DNA of 49,237 nt from a bacterium (GTDB lineage Bacteria > CG03). The notes under the pieces are model-generated. The model made no database searches and was not told the origin of the DNA. It was given only the letters and a program-made list of their open reading frames with translations. Numbering within the stretch: the first letter of the stretch is position 1; each line of letters opens with the position of its first letter. The translations under genes and the position numbers were made by a program. Shown one piece after another: positions 11,882 through 20,810 of the stretch. The stretch is from positions 1 through 49,237 of the forward strand of contig VMTI01000208.1 of NCBI GenBank assembly GCA_013791675.1, given 5' to 3'.

Positions 11882-12514
11882 ATGAAATTTAGAGAATTTA
11901 TTCAAATCTACAAAGATGCGGTCTTAATTGACGGAAGCACATTTTCTGTTTTTGATAAAGCGCAAAATTTACGGCGGCAGGTGAGCGATTGGCTCAAAAA
12001 AGGTTACCTGATCCAATTAAAAAAGGGGACATATATTTTCAGCGATGAGTATAGAAAAATCAATCCGTCTATTTCGTTTATTGCCAATTTTCTATATTCT
12101 CCTTCGTATTTGAGCCTGGAATATGCACTTTCTTTTTATGGGCTGATACCCGAGAAAGTAACCGTAATCACTTCCGTGAGCGCCAGAAAAACAAAAACTA
12201 TTAAAAACCGGATGGGCAGGTTTGAGTATAATTCAATAAAGAAGGAATTGTTTTTCGGATTTAAAAAATCAGGAACTGACGGGCAGAATTTTTTTATCGC
12301 AGAACCTGAAAAAGCGCTTCTTGATTTTTTTTATTTGAGAACGGAATTCAAAGGTTCGGAGGCGGAGTTGAAATCGCTGCGGCTGCAGAATTCGGAGATT
12401 GTAGATCAGCAGCGGCTGGGTTTATACAGTTTGAAATATAACAAACGTGTGAGAAAAATCAGTAAAGCGTTAATTGAATTTATTAAAAGTGAGGAAAAAT
12501 ATAAAACTATATGA
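11882..12514 (+). CDS. abiEi: type IV toxin-antitoxin system antitoxin/regulator, AbiEi-like
   Basis: 210 aa. N-terminal winged-helix pattern (SDWLKKGYLIQLKKGTYIF), followed by and overlapping an AbiEii-type gene (ATGA 12511-12514). AT-rich. Confidence 0.75.
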   Translation: MKFREFIQIYKDAVLIDGSTFSVFDKAQNLRRQVSDWLKKGYLIQLKKGTYIFSDEYRKINPSISFIANFLYSPSYLSLEYALSFYGLIPEKVTVITSVSARKTKTIKNRMGRFEYNSIKKELFFGFKKSGTDGQNFFIAEPEKALLDFFYLRTEFKGSEAELKSLRLQNSEIVDQQRLGLYSLKYNKRVRKISKALIEFIKSEEKYKTI

Positions 12515-13317
12515 AAGACCACATTAAAGAAATCATAGATGCGAATTTTTCATGCGAAGAAAATAAAAACAGGATACGGGAATATATTCAGAAATATCTG
12601 CTTTACATTCTTTTCAAAAAAAAGATATACAAAGAACTGGTTTTTACCGGAGGCACGGCGCTAAGAATCATTCATAAAATTAAAAGATTTTCAGAAGATC
12701 TTGACTTTAGTTTGTCGGCAAAAAGCAGGGGGATAGATTTTGAGGATATGTTAAAAATCCTTAAAAAAGAATTGCAGTTATCAGGTTACAGCCCGGAAAT
12801 AAAATACAGCGGCGATAAAACCGTCAAGAGCGCATTTTTTAAATTTCAGGGTCTTCTTTTTGATTGCGGAGTAAGCAGTCACAGCGATGAAAAAATTTCC
12901 GTGAAAATTGAAGTGGACACAAATCCTCCGGCGGGGGGTAAGGAGGAAGTGATTTTGTGCAATTCTGTTTTTATGTTTTATATTCTGCATTATGATTTGC
13001 CGTCGCTGTTTGCGGGCAAACTGCATGCCGTTTTTTTCAGGGAGTACACAAAAGGAAGGGATTGGTATGATTTGCTATGGTATTTGAACAAATATAATTT
13101 AACCCCCAACTTTGTCATGCTTAACAATGCGATAAAACAGACTTCAACAGAATATCCGGAGGTTAATGAAAAAAACTGGAAATCAGAATTGAGGAAAGTC
13201 ATAGAATCGGCGGATATAAAAAAAGCGAGAAATGATGTCCGCCGGTTTTTGGATGACCCTGCTGAAATAGAGTTTTTGACCAAAGAAAACTTATACAAAG
13301 CGCTAAAAAAAAGTTAA
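12511..13317 (+). CDS. abiEii: nucleotidyltransferase toxin, AbiEii/AbiGii family
   Basis: 268 aa. FTGGTALRIIHKIKRFSEDLDFS (GG[ST]AL...R.S.DLDF nucleotidyltransferase core), KIEVDTNPP, RDWYDL. Confidence 0.85.
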   Translation: MKDHIKEIIDANFSCEENKNRIREYIQKYLLYILFKKKIYKELVFTGGTALRIIHKIKRFSEDLDFSLSAKSRGIDFEDMLKILKKELQLSGYSPEIKYSGDKTVKSAFFKFQGLLFDCGVSSHSDEKISVKIEVDTNPPAGGKEEVILCNSVFMFYILHYDLPSLFAGKLHAVFFREYTKGRDWYDLLWYLNKYNLTPNFVMLNNAIKQTSTEYPEVNEKNWKSELRKVIESADIKKARNDVRRFLDDPAEIEFLTKENLYKALKKS

Positions 13318-13320
13318 AAT

Positions 13321-13352
13321 CCCCTAATGCTTTAGAGAACGTAAATTAGGGG
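13321..13352 (+). terminator. hairpin after abiEii (CCCCTAAT - 16 nt - ATTAGGGG)
   Basis: 8-bp perfect arms at 13321-13328 and 13345-13352. There is no U-tract, so terminator function is uncertain. Confidence 0.3.
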
Positions 13353-13374
13353 AAAGAATAAGGAGGGGTAAGAA

Positions 13375-13584
13375 ATGAAAAAGAAATTCGGTGAATTTGT
13401 GAGTGAGCTCGCGATGACGAACATACAGTTGTGGCACGAGGAAGACAAGGCCAGGGTTAAAGATGACGCGCCCGTGGCCGCCGCCAAACGCGCCGTTGAT
13501 AAGCTCAACCAGAAGAGGAACGATCTCATAGAAAAGATAGACGAGATGGCGATGGCCCTCAGAAAAGGGGGCAAAAATGGCTGA
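13375..13584 (+). CDS. small helical protein, possibly DUF4254-like
   Basis: 69 aa. Strong SD AAGGAGG 8 nt upstream. [12 protein letters not shown] and [14 protein letters not shown] resemble, from memory, the DUF4254 family that accompanies GT9 genes. Not verified. Confidence 0.6.
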   Translation: MKKKFGEFVSELAMTNIQLWHEEDKARVKDDAPVAAAKRAVDKLNQKRNDLIEKIDEMAMALRKGGKNG

Positions 13585-13846
13585 GACACTGGGCACTCTC
13601 GCGGATAAGATAGCTATCTTCGAGCTCAAGAGGTTTCATATGGCCGAGCAGCTTGAGCGCGCTGACGCCTCAGCCGAACACCAAAAAAGCTGCCGCGAAA
13701 AACTGAAGATCCTGACCGAACAGCGGGATGATCTCGCGGAAGAACTCAGCGGGCTCTATGACGATATCGCTTCCGGCAGAAAGAAGATAAAACTTTACCG
13801 CCAGTTCAAGATGTATAACGACCCCAAATATAATATAAAAAAATGA
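13577..13846 (+). CDS. small helical/coiled-coil protein, distant paralogue of the preceding gene
   Basis: 89 aa. Own SD (GGGGG, 5-nt spacer). Overlaps the previous ORF by 8 nt and the next by 4 nt. [14 protein letters not shown] and [13 protein letters not shown] mirror the motifs of the preceding ORF. Confidence 0.6.
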   Translation: MAETLGTLADKIAIFELKRFHMAEQLERADASAEHQKSCREKLKILTEQRDDLAEELSGLYDDIASGRKKIKLYRQFKMYNDPKYNIKK

Positions 13847-14685
13847 GTCCGGGAATATCCGTTATTGTCGCCGCCTATAACAGGGCCGAACTCTTCAGGC
13901 TCTGCCTGGAAGCCCTCGCCGGCCAGACTTCCAGTGATTTTGAACTCATCATCGCCGATGACGGCAGCGGCCCGGAAATAAAAAAAATAGCGGATTCGTT
14001 CCGCGGCAGGATGAATATAAAGCATGTGTGGCAGGCGGATGACGGTTTCAGGAAAACCCTGGCGATAAACAAAGCCGTCAAAATATCATCGGGAGACAAA
14101 TTATATTTTTTTGACGCGGACACTATTGCCCACCCCGATTACATCAGCAGGTCGAAAGAGTATATATGCGAAGGGCAATACATGGTCACACGCTCGGTGC
14201 TTTTGTCCGAGAAGATAGCCGCTCATATCCTGAAAAACGGATTTTCCGCGAAGGATATCTTTAGCGGTTCCGTCAAATGGAGGATAAGAAAAGACGGTTT
14301 TTTTGCCAAGACCCGGTACTGCACTTACGGTTTTCTGCTCCCCCGGTTCTTATCGGCCATTACACAGTCATTCAAGAAAAATTCAAACATGTCCGGAAGA
14401 TGCTGGGGTGTTCACAGAAAAGATTACGAAAGGGTCAACGGCTACAACAATGATTTTAGAGGCGCCTACTGTGAGGATTCCGAGCTGGATACCAGGCTCG
14501 CAAACGCCGGTATCAAGAGAAGGCTTGCCACGAATGAGGCCGTAAGCCTTCATTTCCCTCACGGGAAAAGCGCGTATTCCGGCGATAACGCCGCGCGGCT
14601 GGAAGAGGTTCTCCGCTCGGGAGCGCTGATATGCGCCAACGGCCTGGATCAGATCAGAATAGAGGACATCGCGGTGCTGAAATGA
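13843..14685 (+). CDS. glycosyltransferase family 2 (GT-A) with galactosyltransferase-like C-terminal part
   Basis: ISVIVAAYNRAELFRLCLEAL, ELIIADDGS, FFDADT (DxD), VNGYNNDFRGAYCEDSELDTRL. Confidence 0.85.
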   Translation: MSPGISVIVAAYNRAELFRLCLEALAGQTSSDFELIIADDGSGPEIKKIADSFRGRMNIKHVWQADDGFRKTLAINKAVKISSGDKLYFFDADTIAHPDYISRSKEYICEGQYMVTRSVLLSEKIAAHILKNGFSAKDIFSGSVKWRIRKDGFFAKTRYCTYGFLLPRFLSAITQSFKKNSNMSGRCWGVHRKDYERVNGYNNDFRGAYCEDSELDTRLANAGIKRRLATNEAVSLHFPHGKSAYSGDNAARLEEVLRSGALICANGLDQIRIEDIAVLK

Positions 14686-15725
14686 ATATAGCCGTCCTTG
14701 ATTTTGAAAGATGGGACAGTGGTATCACTTCCTACGCTCTGGCAGCGGCAGAAGGGCTGAAAAATAAAGGGCACAAAATCATTTTTGTGGGGCTCGAGGG
14801 AAAGCCGCCCGCCGACTCGGCGGAAAAGCGCGGCGTCAAAACTGCCTGGTTCTCATCCGCCGCCTCGATCTTTGACCTGATGAAACTTATAAGCGCAGAG
14901 GGGATAGAGTGCCTTAATCCGCACGACGGGAGATCGCATATGCTCTGCGCCATGGCCAAAATATTAACAAAAGCCCGCCCGCGCCTCGTCAGGACCTACG
15001 CGGACGCGAGGCCTGTCGGGAAACATGGCTATTTGTGGAATACAACAGACGCTTTTATAGCGGCTGCGGAATTCATAAAAGACGATTTTGTGAACAAAGG
15101 TTTACCTCCCGGAAAAATAAATGTGGTGCGTCAGGGCATGGATATGAATTTTACCGACAGCGCCGTTCCCGCCAAGCTCGCCGGAAAACACAATGTGAGC
15201 ATTGTGGGCCGCCTGGATCCGGTCAAAGGCCATGAAACTTTTATAAAGGCCGCCGCGATCGTCGCGATGAGTTTTCCGGATGTTTTTTTCTATGTGATAG
15301 GCGGAGAAAAAAATGTTAAAATAAATCAGCTTAAAGCGTTTGCGGAAAAGCACGCCGTCGGAAATATTGTGTTCACGGGTTTTGCGGATGATGCGGGATC
15401 TTATATGAGAGCGAGCGATATAGGCGTTATAGCCTCTTCCGGCTCCGAAGCTGTTTCGCGCGTTGCCGCGGAATGGATGGCTTGCGGAAAGCCTCTTGTG
15501 GCCACAACGGCCGGATGTTTGAGTGAACTGGTGGAAGACGGCGTCAGCGGCCTGATCGTCGCCCCGGATGATCCCGCGGCAATGGCGGTGGCAATTGAAC
15601 GCCTGCTCAAAGACGACTCCGCGCGCATATCAATGGGCAGGGCGGCGGCGGAGAGGGCGGAAGACATGTTTGATCCCGTGAAATTCGCGGAAAGCACGGA
15701 AAAGATATTGAAAGGAGATTTATGA
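14682..15725 (+). CDS. glycosyltransferase, GT-B fold (family 4-like)
   Basis: Start moved to ATG 14682 (MNIAVLDF; ATGA overlap with the previous stop). SGSEAVSRVAAEWMACGKPLVATTAGCLSELVEDGVSG (E-x7-E). Confidence 0.85.
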   Translation: MNIAVLDFERWDSGITSYALAAAEGLKNKGHKIIFVGLEGKPPADSAEKRGVKTAWFSSAASIFDLMKLISAEGIECLNPHDGRSHMLCAMAKILTKARPRLVRTYADARPVGKHGYLWNTTDAFIAAAEFIKDDFVNKGLPPGKINVVRQGMDMNFTDSAVPAKLAGKHNVSIVGRLDPVKGHETFIKAAAIVAMSFPDVFFYVIGGEKNVKINQLKAFAEKHAVGNIVFTGFADDAGSYMRASDIGVIASSGSEAVSRVAAEWMACGKPLVATTAGCLSELVEDGVSGLIVAPDDPAAMAVAIERLLKDDSARISMGRAAAERAEDMFDPVKFAESTEKILKGDL

Positions 15726-16468
15726 AAGTCAGCGTTATTGTGATCGCGCTAAATGAGGAAGCCAGGATAGCCGGCTGTCTTGAAAGCATCAGGTGGGCGG
15801 ATGAGATAATTGTCGTCGACACCGGAAGTTCCGACGGTACCGTTGATATTTGTAAAAAATACACGGATAAAATATCTCAGTCGGAATGGCTGGGTTTCGG
15901 GCCGCTCAAGGATTTTGCCGTTTCAAAAACTTCCAATGAATGGGTATTGAATATTGACGCGGACGAAAGGGTTTCGGATGAGCTGAGGGATGAGATCCTC
16001 GCGTTGTCTTCCAATCCCGCCATTGCCGCGTATAATATACCTTTTCACAATTTTTTTATGAACCGCCGTTTGCGTTTCGGGGGACTTGGCGGTGAAAAGC
16101 ATATACGGTTATTCAACAAAAATACCGCGGGGTTCGGCGCTGAAGCCGTGCACGAGTCTGTGGCGGTAAGAGGCAGAACAGGGAAACTCAAAGGACACAT
16201 AGAGCACCGGAGTTACAGGGACCTGTCCGCCTATTTTCAAAAATTCAATCTTTACACTTCAATGATCGCGCGCGAGAAATTTCAAAAAGGAAAGAAATTT
16301 CCTGTCAGCGCTTTTTTCAGAATACCGTACGAGTTCGGAGTAAGGTATTTTTTCAAACTGGGCTTTCTGGACGGCGTGGCGGGTTTTATCTATGCATCTA
16401 TTTCGGCTTTTTACGCCGGAGTCAAATATTTCAAGCTTTACGAACTGACGACGGGCTTAAAAGAATGA
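15722..16468 (+). CDS. glycosyltransferase family 2, LPS-core WaaE/KdtX-like
   Basis: VSVIVIALNEE, IIVVDTGSSDGT, NIDADERV, C-terminal amphipathic segment. 248 aa, as in core beta-glucosyltransferases. Confidence 0.8.
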   Translation: MKVSVIVIALNEEARIAGCLESIRWADEIIVVDTGSSDGTVDICKKYTDKISQSEWLGFGPLKDFAVSKTSNEWVLNIDADERVSDELRDEILALSSNPAIAAYNIPFHNFFMNRRLRFGGLGGEKHIRLFNKNTAGFGAEAVHESVAVRGRTGKLKGHIEHRSYRDLSAYFQKFNLYTSMIAREKFQKGKKFPVSAFFRIPYEFGVRYFFKLGFLDGVAGFIYASISAFYAGVKYFKLYELTTGLKE

Positions 16469-17247
16469 TTTATTTTTTAGCGGCTATCCTCGCTCTGGCT
16501 TTTTCGGCGAGATGGAACTGGTGGAGAAAAAAAACAGAGGGTGTGTCCATACTTATGTACCACAAGATAGGGACTCCACCCGCCGGCTCAAAACTCAAAA
16601 AATTATGGGTGAGCGGGGCGAAATTCGACAAACAGATGTCATATCTCAAAAGAGGCGGTTATGAAGTTGTCACATTCAAGGACATTGCCGGAGGAACGGT
16701 CAAAGACGGAAGAAAAAAAGTGATAATAACCTTCGACGACGGTTACAGGAACAATTACACGGAGGCTTTCCGCATACTTAAAAAATACGGTTTCAGGGCG
16801 GTTTTTTATGTGGTGAGCTCTACGATAGGCAAAAAGAATCTATGGCATGACGCCGATGTTGAAGAACCCCTTGAGATGATGGCCCCGGAGGAAATAAGGA
16901 AAATGGCATCCGCGGGCATGGAAATAGGGGGCCACACCGTTTCGCACAAAAATCTTGACCGTATTGATGATGCCGAAGCGGAAAGGGAGATCTCAGAAAA
17001 TAAAGATGATCTGGAAAAATTGACGGGTGAGAAAATGCTCAGTTTTTCCTATCCTTACGGCGGATACAACGCCAATGTGAAAAAAATCGCGGAGATAGCG
17101 GGATACCGCTATGCCGTGGTAATAAAACAGGGGAAGAACGCTTTTCCCTTTGCCGATAATTTCGCGCTGAAACGGCTGCTTGTCAGGAGCGAAGAGACTA
17201 TTTTTGATTTTTATCTGAATCTTTCGCGCGGGAGGAACAGATTGTGA
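16465..17247 (+). CDS. polysaccharide deacetylase (NodB homology domain) with N-terminal TM anchor
   Basis: ITFDDGYRNNY (NodB motif 1), GGHTVSH (motif 2), SFSYPYG (motif 3). N-terminal hydrophobic helix. Confidence 0.88.
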   Translation: MIYFLAAILALAFSARWNWWRKKTEGVSILMYHKIGTPPAGSKLKKLWVSGAKFDKQMSYLKRGGYEVVTFKDIAGGTVKDGRKKVIITFDDGYRNNYTEAFRILKKYGFRAVFYVVSSTIGKKNLWHDADVEEPLEMMAPEEIRKMASAGMEIGGHTVSHKNLDRIDDAEAEREISENKDDLEKLTGEKMLSFSYPYGGYNANVKKIAEIAGYRYAVVIKQGKNAFPFADNFALKRLLVRSEETIFDFYLNLSRGRNRL

Positions 17248-18092
17248 GCGCTGTTAACGCGCGGCCCGGCGTTTCGGTCGTCGTGAATGTTTACAAACAG
17301 GCCAAATTTTTCAGGTTGTGCCTTCAGAGCCTGGTCGATCAGACAGATAAAGATTTTGAGGTGATAGTCGCCGATGACGGCAGCGGCAAAGAGGTGGAAG
17401 ATGTTGTAGCGGAGTTCAGGGATTCGTTGAGGATAACGCATCTCTGGCAGGAGGACAGGGGTTTCAGGAAGGCCCTTGCCCTTAACAAGGCGGCGAAGAC
17501 GGCGTCGGGCGAAAAGTTGTTTTTTATTGACGGCGACATACTTGTCCACCCGAAGGGTGTGGCGGTCGTGAACAAAGAACTCCGGCAGGGCCGGTACATA
17601 ACATCGCGTGTTGTGAGAATATCCCAAAAACTGAGAGACAGGATAATAGGCGGCAACTACACATCACGAAAAATATTTTCTTTTCCATTTTTTGCGGCAC
17701 TGACGATAGATTGGCTCTTCGGCAAAACCCGTTTCCTTGAATACGGGATCATGCTCTCTCCCGTGCCCGCGTCTTTTTTTCAGAGCTTGAAGAAAAGCAG
17801 GCAGGTTTTCGGCGGCTGCTGGGCCATTTACAAATCCGATTTTGAGCTTGTGAACGGCTATGACAATTCCTATATCGGTTACGGCCACGAGGATTTTGAC
17901 ATAGGCTGGCGCCTGCACTGGGCCGGCGTGACGGCGAAGCTCGTCACCAACCGCCTTGTGATGCTGCATCTGTATCACGGTAAAAGGCAGGAAAACCTTG
18001 AAAACAAGGAGAAGAAAAAGCTCGCCGAACGAGATAAAAAGACCCGTTGCGAAAAAGGCCTCGCCGAAACGGATGACATAATATTGAAATGA
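17244..18092 (+). CDS. glycosyltransferase family 2, paralogue of 13843..14685
   Basis: GTG start in a GTGA overlap. VSVVVNVYKQAKFFRLCLQSL, EVIVADDGS, FIDGDI, VNGYDNSYIGYGHEDFDIGWRL. Colinear with the 13843 gene. Confidence 0.85.
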   Translation: MSAVNARPGVSVVVNVYKQAKFFRLCLQSLVDQTDKDFEVIVADDGSGKEVEDVVAEFRDSLRITHLWQEDRGFRKALALNKAAKTASGEKLFFIDGDILVHPKGVAVVNKELRQGRYITSRVVRISQKLRDRIIGGNYTSRKIFSFPFFAALTIDWLFGKTRFLEYGIMLSPVPASFFQSLKKSRQVFGGCWAIYKSDFELVNGYDNSYIGYGHEDFDIGWRLHWAGVTAKLVTNRLVMLHLYHGKRQENLENKEKKKLAERDKKTRCEKGLAETDDIILK

Positions 18093-19558
18093 GGGTGAGA
18101 CACATCCTGAAAAACATCAGAAAAAATATAAAAGACTTCCTTCGGCATCCGATAGCGTCTCTGGGTGGCAAAAGATACTGTTCATTTCCTCCCGTGTTGA
18201 GTTTCGATCTACGCAGCGATGATTTTAAGAAGGCCCTGCTGTTTTTTCTGGACAAGTTGAGAAAAGGAGAACACTTCGCTTTTTCAAGATGGGGTGACGG
18301 TGAGATGGCGATCTTAAAGGGTGACGCGATAGACATACTTAAAAAAGAGCACGGTGAATTTAAATATGATCCCTGCGATGAGAGCGATGAGTTTTATAGA
18401 ACTAAAATGACCGAAGCGTTCACCTTCAAATCGGCGAATTATTTTGTGGGCATAGGATGCCCCTGCTGTGTCGGCCCGGACGCTTTTGAATGGATGAAAC
18501 AAAGTTCGCGACAGGACGAAGCGCATCTGGCCTGGGCGAATCTGTTTGTGAATGCCAACTATGAGTATTTCCAAAAAAACTTTATTAACGGCGTATTCGC
18601 AGAAAGGAAAGTTGTTTTAGTGTGCAATGACAAGGCGGTTCCCGAAAAACTGCCTTTTATAAGTGAAAAAATCTTCAGGGTGTCGCGCAACTCGTGGAAG
18701 GAAGACTATGCTCTGATAGACAAGATAGGCCGGTGGATAGAAGAGAACAAAATAAAGGGCAGGGTATTTCTTTTCTGCGCGGGGCCGTTGAGTAATATGC
18801 TCGTTCATCAGCTGTATTCAAAGAACCCTGAAAATACTTATATTGACGCGGGGAGCGTTCTGGACCCTTTCATGGGCCTGGGCGCGACACGGGATTATCT
18901 GCGCGGGGGTTTTACCGCGCGCAAGATCTGCACATGGGACGCGGAATTGCAGAAAAAGAAAATATTCTTCTGCTACGGGCCAGCGTACGGCAGGAAAAAT
19001 ATGCTCAAAGAGACGGTCAAATATAACGCCATGTATTTCCCTCAGGCAAAAATAAAAATTGTCGCCAATGACCGCGCTGTCGGAAGGATGAAGATAAGGG
19101 GAGTGGATGTTGAAATCGACAAGTTCGCCAGGGAACGCGACCCCCGGTTCAGTTCTTTGAACGCTTTGATGCTGTCACTGCGAATGGCTGTCGCTGAAGG
19201 CGATGGCGACTTTATCATTTTCACTCATGAAGATTACCGGATACAGGACATAAGTCTCTTGAGCAAAGCTCTTATGAAAATTGAAGAAGGCTATGATATG
19301 GTTTTTCAGGAAAGCGGTGATGTTAAGGCAGAAGATCGTTTGGATTTTGATGTTTTAATTATCAGTTTTAGCGCCGCCTCAAAGATCTTTTCAAGTTTGG
19401 CAACAGTAAAACCCGCAACAGGCGAACATATCGAAGATTATTTTACAGGACTCGTGAAAAAGAACATTGCTGACGATAAAATTTTTTCCATTGAGCGCCG
19501 TTCGGTACCGGGTAAATCCGATGAGCTTGGCTTTTACCGTATCCCGCCGCAAAAATAG
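18089..19558 (+). CDS. two-domain protein: N-terminal GT-D (DUF1792)-like glycosyltransferase domain plus uncharacterised C-terminal domain
   Basis: 489 aa. FSRWGDGEMAILKG and CAGPLSNMLVHQLY...YIDAGS match my recollection of the GT-D family (RfGDGE ... LGPtAtvLa.dL...DiG). Residues ~300-489 have no motif I recognise. Confidence 0.6.
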   Translation: MRVRHILKNIRKNIKDFLRHPIASLGGKRYCSFPPVLSFDLRSDDFKKALLFFLDKLRKGEHFAFSRWGDGEMAILKGDAIDILKKEHGEFKYDPCDESDEFYRTKMTEAFTFKSANYFVGIGCPCCVGPDAFEWMKQSSRQDEAHLAWANLFVNANYEYFQKNFINGVFAERKVVLVCNDKAVPEKLPFISEKIFRVSRNSWKEDYALIDKIGRWIEENKIKGRVFLFCAGPLSNMLVHQLYSKNPENTYIDAGSVLDPFMGLGATRDYLRGGFTARKICTWDAELQKKKIFFCYGPAYGRKNMLKETVKYNAMYFPQAKIKIVANDRAVGRMKIRGVDVEIDKFARERDPRFSSLNALMLSLRMAVAEGDGDFIIFTHEDYRIQDISLLSKALMKIEEGYDMVFQESGDVKAEDRLDFDVLIISFSAASKIFSSLATVKPATGEHIEDYFTGLVKKNIADDKIFSIERRSVPGKSDELGFYRIPPQK

Positions 19559-19610
19559 AAACCGGTTCCCGGTGCGGAAAATAAAGAATTAATATAGTAG
19601 CTCAGGTAGA

Positions 19611-20738
19611 TTATTTTGACATCAGGGAGAGGATCTCGTCGTCCCTGTCGTCCCAGTTGTAGTCTTTTTCAATTTTTTTTCTGGCGTTATAAGATTGTTC
19701 TTCTATCTGGGAAGGTTTGTTTATATAGTCTTCAAGGATTCCTGCCAGGTGAGAGGTGTCGATGATAGCTTTTGTGAATGCCGTCCTCCGCCCCTTTTTT
19801 AGTTTTTTTACTTTTATCAGCCGGCCCTCCACTCCATCGTCCAGCCATTCATTCATCGTCGGAAAATCAGTGGTGACAACAGGCATTCCCGAAGCCATCG
19901 CTTCGGTTATCGTCAGCCCCACGCCTTCCTGCCAGGTGGGATAAACATAGACGTCCCCTGTATTAAAAAGGCCGCCCTTTGTGTTGTCGGCGGTTTTAAA
20001 GCTGAATTCGCAGGAAGTGTTTTTTTTAAAATATTTGATGAATTCCGGGTTTATCATTTCCCGCGCTTCTTCCTGGGCGGTGGCGGTAAAAACAAAATCA
20101 AGTTTTCGCGGAGCTAAAATCCTGCGCAAAAAGCCGCCTTTCATTTTTTCAAGAGTTCCGGGTATGAATTGATAGCCCTTCCTACGGCTGCCGTAACCGA
20201 CATTAGTGTAAAATCTGACTTTGTTTCCGGCTTTACGCGGTATGAATTTAAAATTATCGAGTATGACGCCCCAGCGTATAAGAACGGTATTGTCTATTCC
20301 CGCCTCCCTGAGCCAGTGAAAGTTCCTTTCCGTGTGGGCGAGACTTAAATCGTAAATGCCGTTCATCTTTTCTATCATGCCGGTGAGGAACCAGTCGGGA
20401 TAGTTTATCAGTTTGATGCCTTTTTTATGGAGCTGGCCGCTTTCCTCTTTCATCCCGCTTTTTCCGTAAATGTTCTGATCCTGAAAAAGAAGGATTTCCG
20501 GCTTAAAATCCTCAACCCAGCCCCAGAACAGCGGGTGGTCTATATCCATACTTTCGGGGCCCTCAACTATTTTTTCGCCATGCCAGCGCAGGGGCGTCAA
20601 CCAGGGGTTGCCTCTGGAAAATATGCTGTAGTTTATCTGGTCGGGGTGTTTGTCAAAGCTGTGAACCCAGTTCCGGGCGATGTGCCCCATCCCGCATTCC
20701 GCCCAGGCGGTTACAATACCCACGCGTACGGGTTTCAT
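19611..20738 (-). CDS. glycosyltransferase, GT-B fold (family 4-like)
   Basis: PTWQEGVGLTITEAMASGMPVVTTDFPTMNEWLDDGVEG. Start placed at ATG 20738 (MKPVRVGIV). The track TTG 20753 is possible. Confidence 0.82.
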   Translation of the reverse strand: MKPVRVGIVTAWAECGMGHIARNWVHSFDKHPDQINYSIFSRGNPWLTPLRWHGEKIVEGPESMDIDHPLFWGWVEDFKPEILLFQDQNIYGKSGMKEESGQLHKKGIKLINYPDWFLTGMIEKMNGIYDLSLAHTERNFHWLREAGIDNTVLIRWGVILDNFKFIPRKAGNKVRFYTNVGYGSRRKGYQFIPGTLEKMKGGFLRRILAPRKLDFVFTATAQEEAREMINPEFIKYFKKNTSCEFSFKTADNTKGGLFNTGDVYVYPTWQEGVGLTITEAMASGMPVVTTDFPTMNEWLDDGVEGRLIKVKKLKKGRRTAFTKAIIDTSHLAGILEDYINKPSQIEEQSYNARKKIEKDYNWDDRDDEILSLMSK

Positions 20739-20810
20739 AAAAGATAGCGGCAAGAAATATCTGTTTTTTTATCCGGCATTTTTTGCTTCTGCATCGTCCC
20801 GGCGCCGGTA

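Noticed and set aside
11807-13374. The AbiE island as a bona fide mobile element (IS, integrative element)
   Set aside because: I found no transposase, integrase, terminal inverted repeats or flanking direct repeats by eye. Only the compositional contrast and own regulatory signals support acquisition.
13375-13846. The two small ORFs as halves of one frameshifted (pseudogenised) DUF4254-like gene
   Set aside because: Each ORF has its own SD and ATG. They overlap in the coupled ATG..TGA manner used throughout the operon, and they repeat the same motif order (paralogues) rather than continuing one another.
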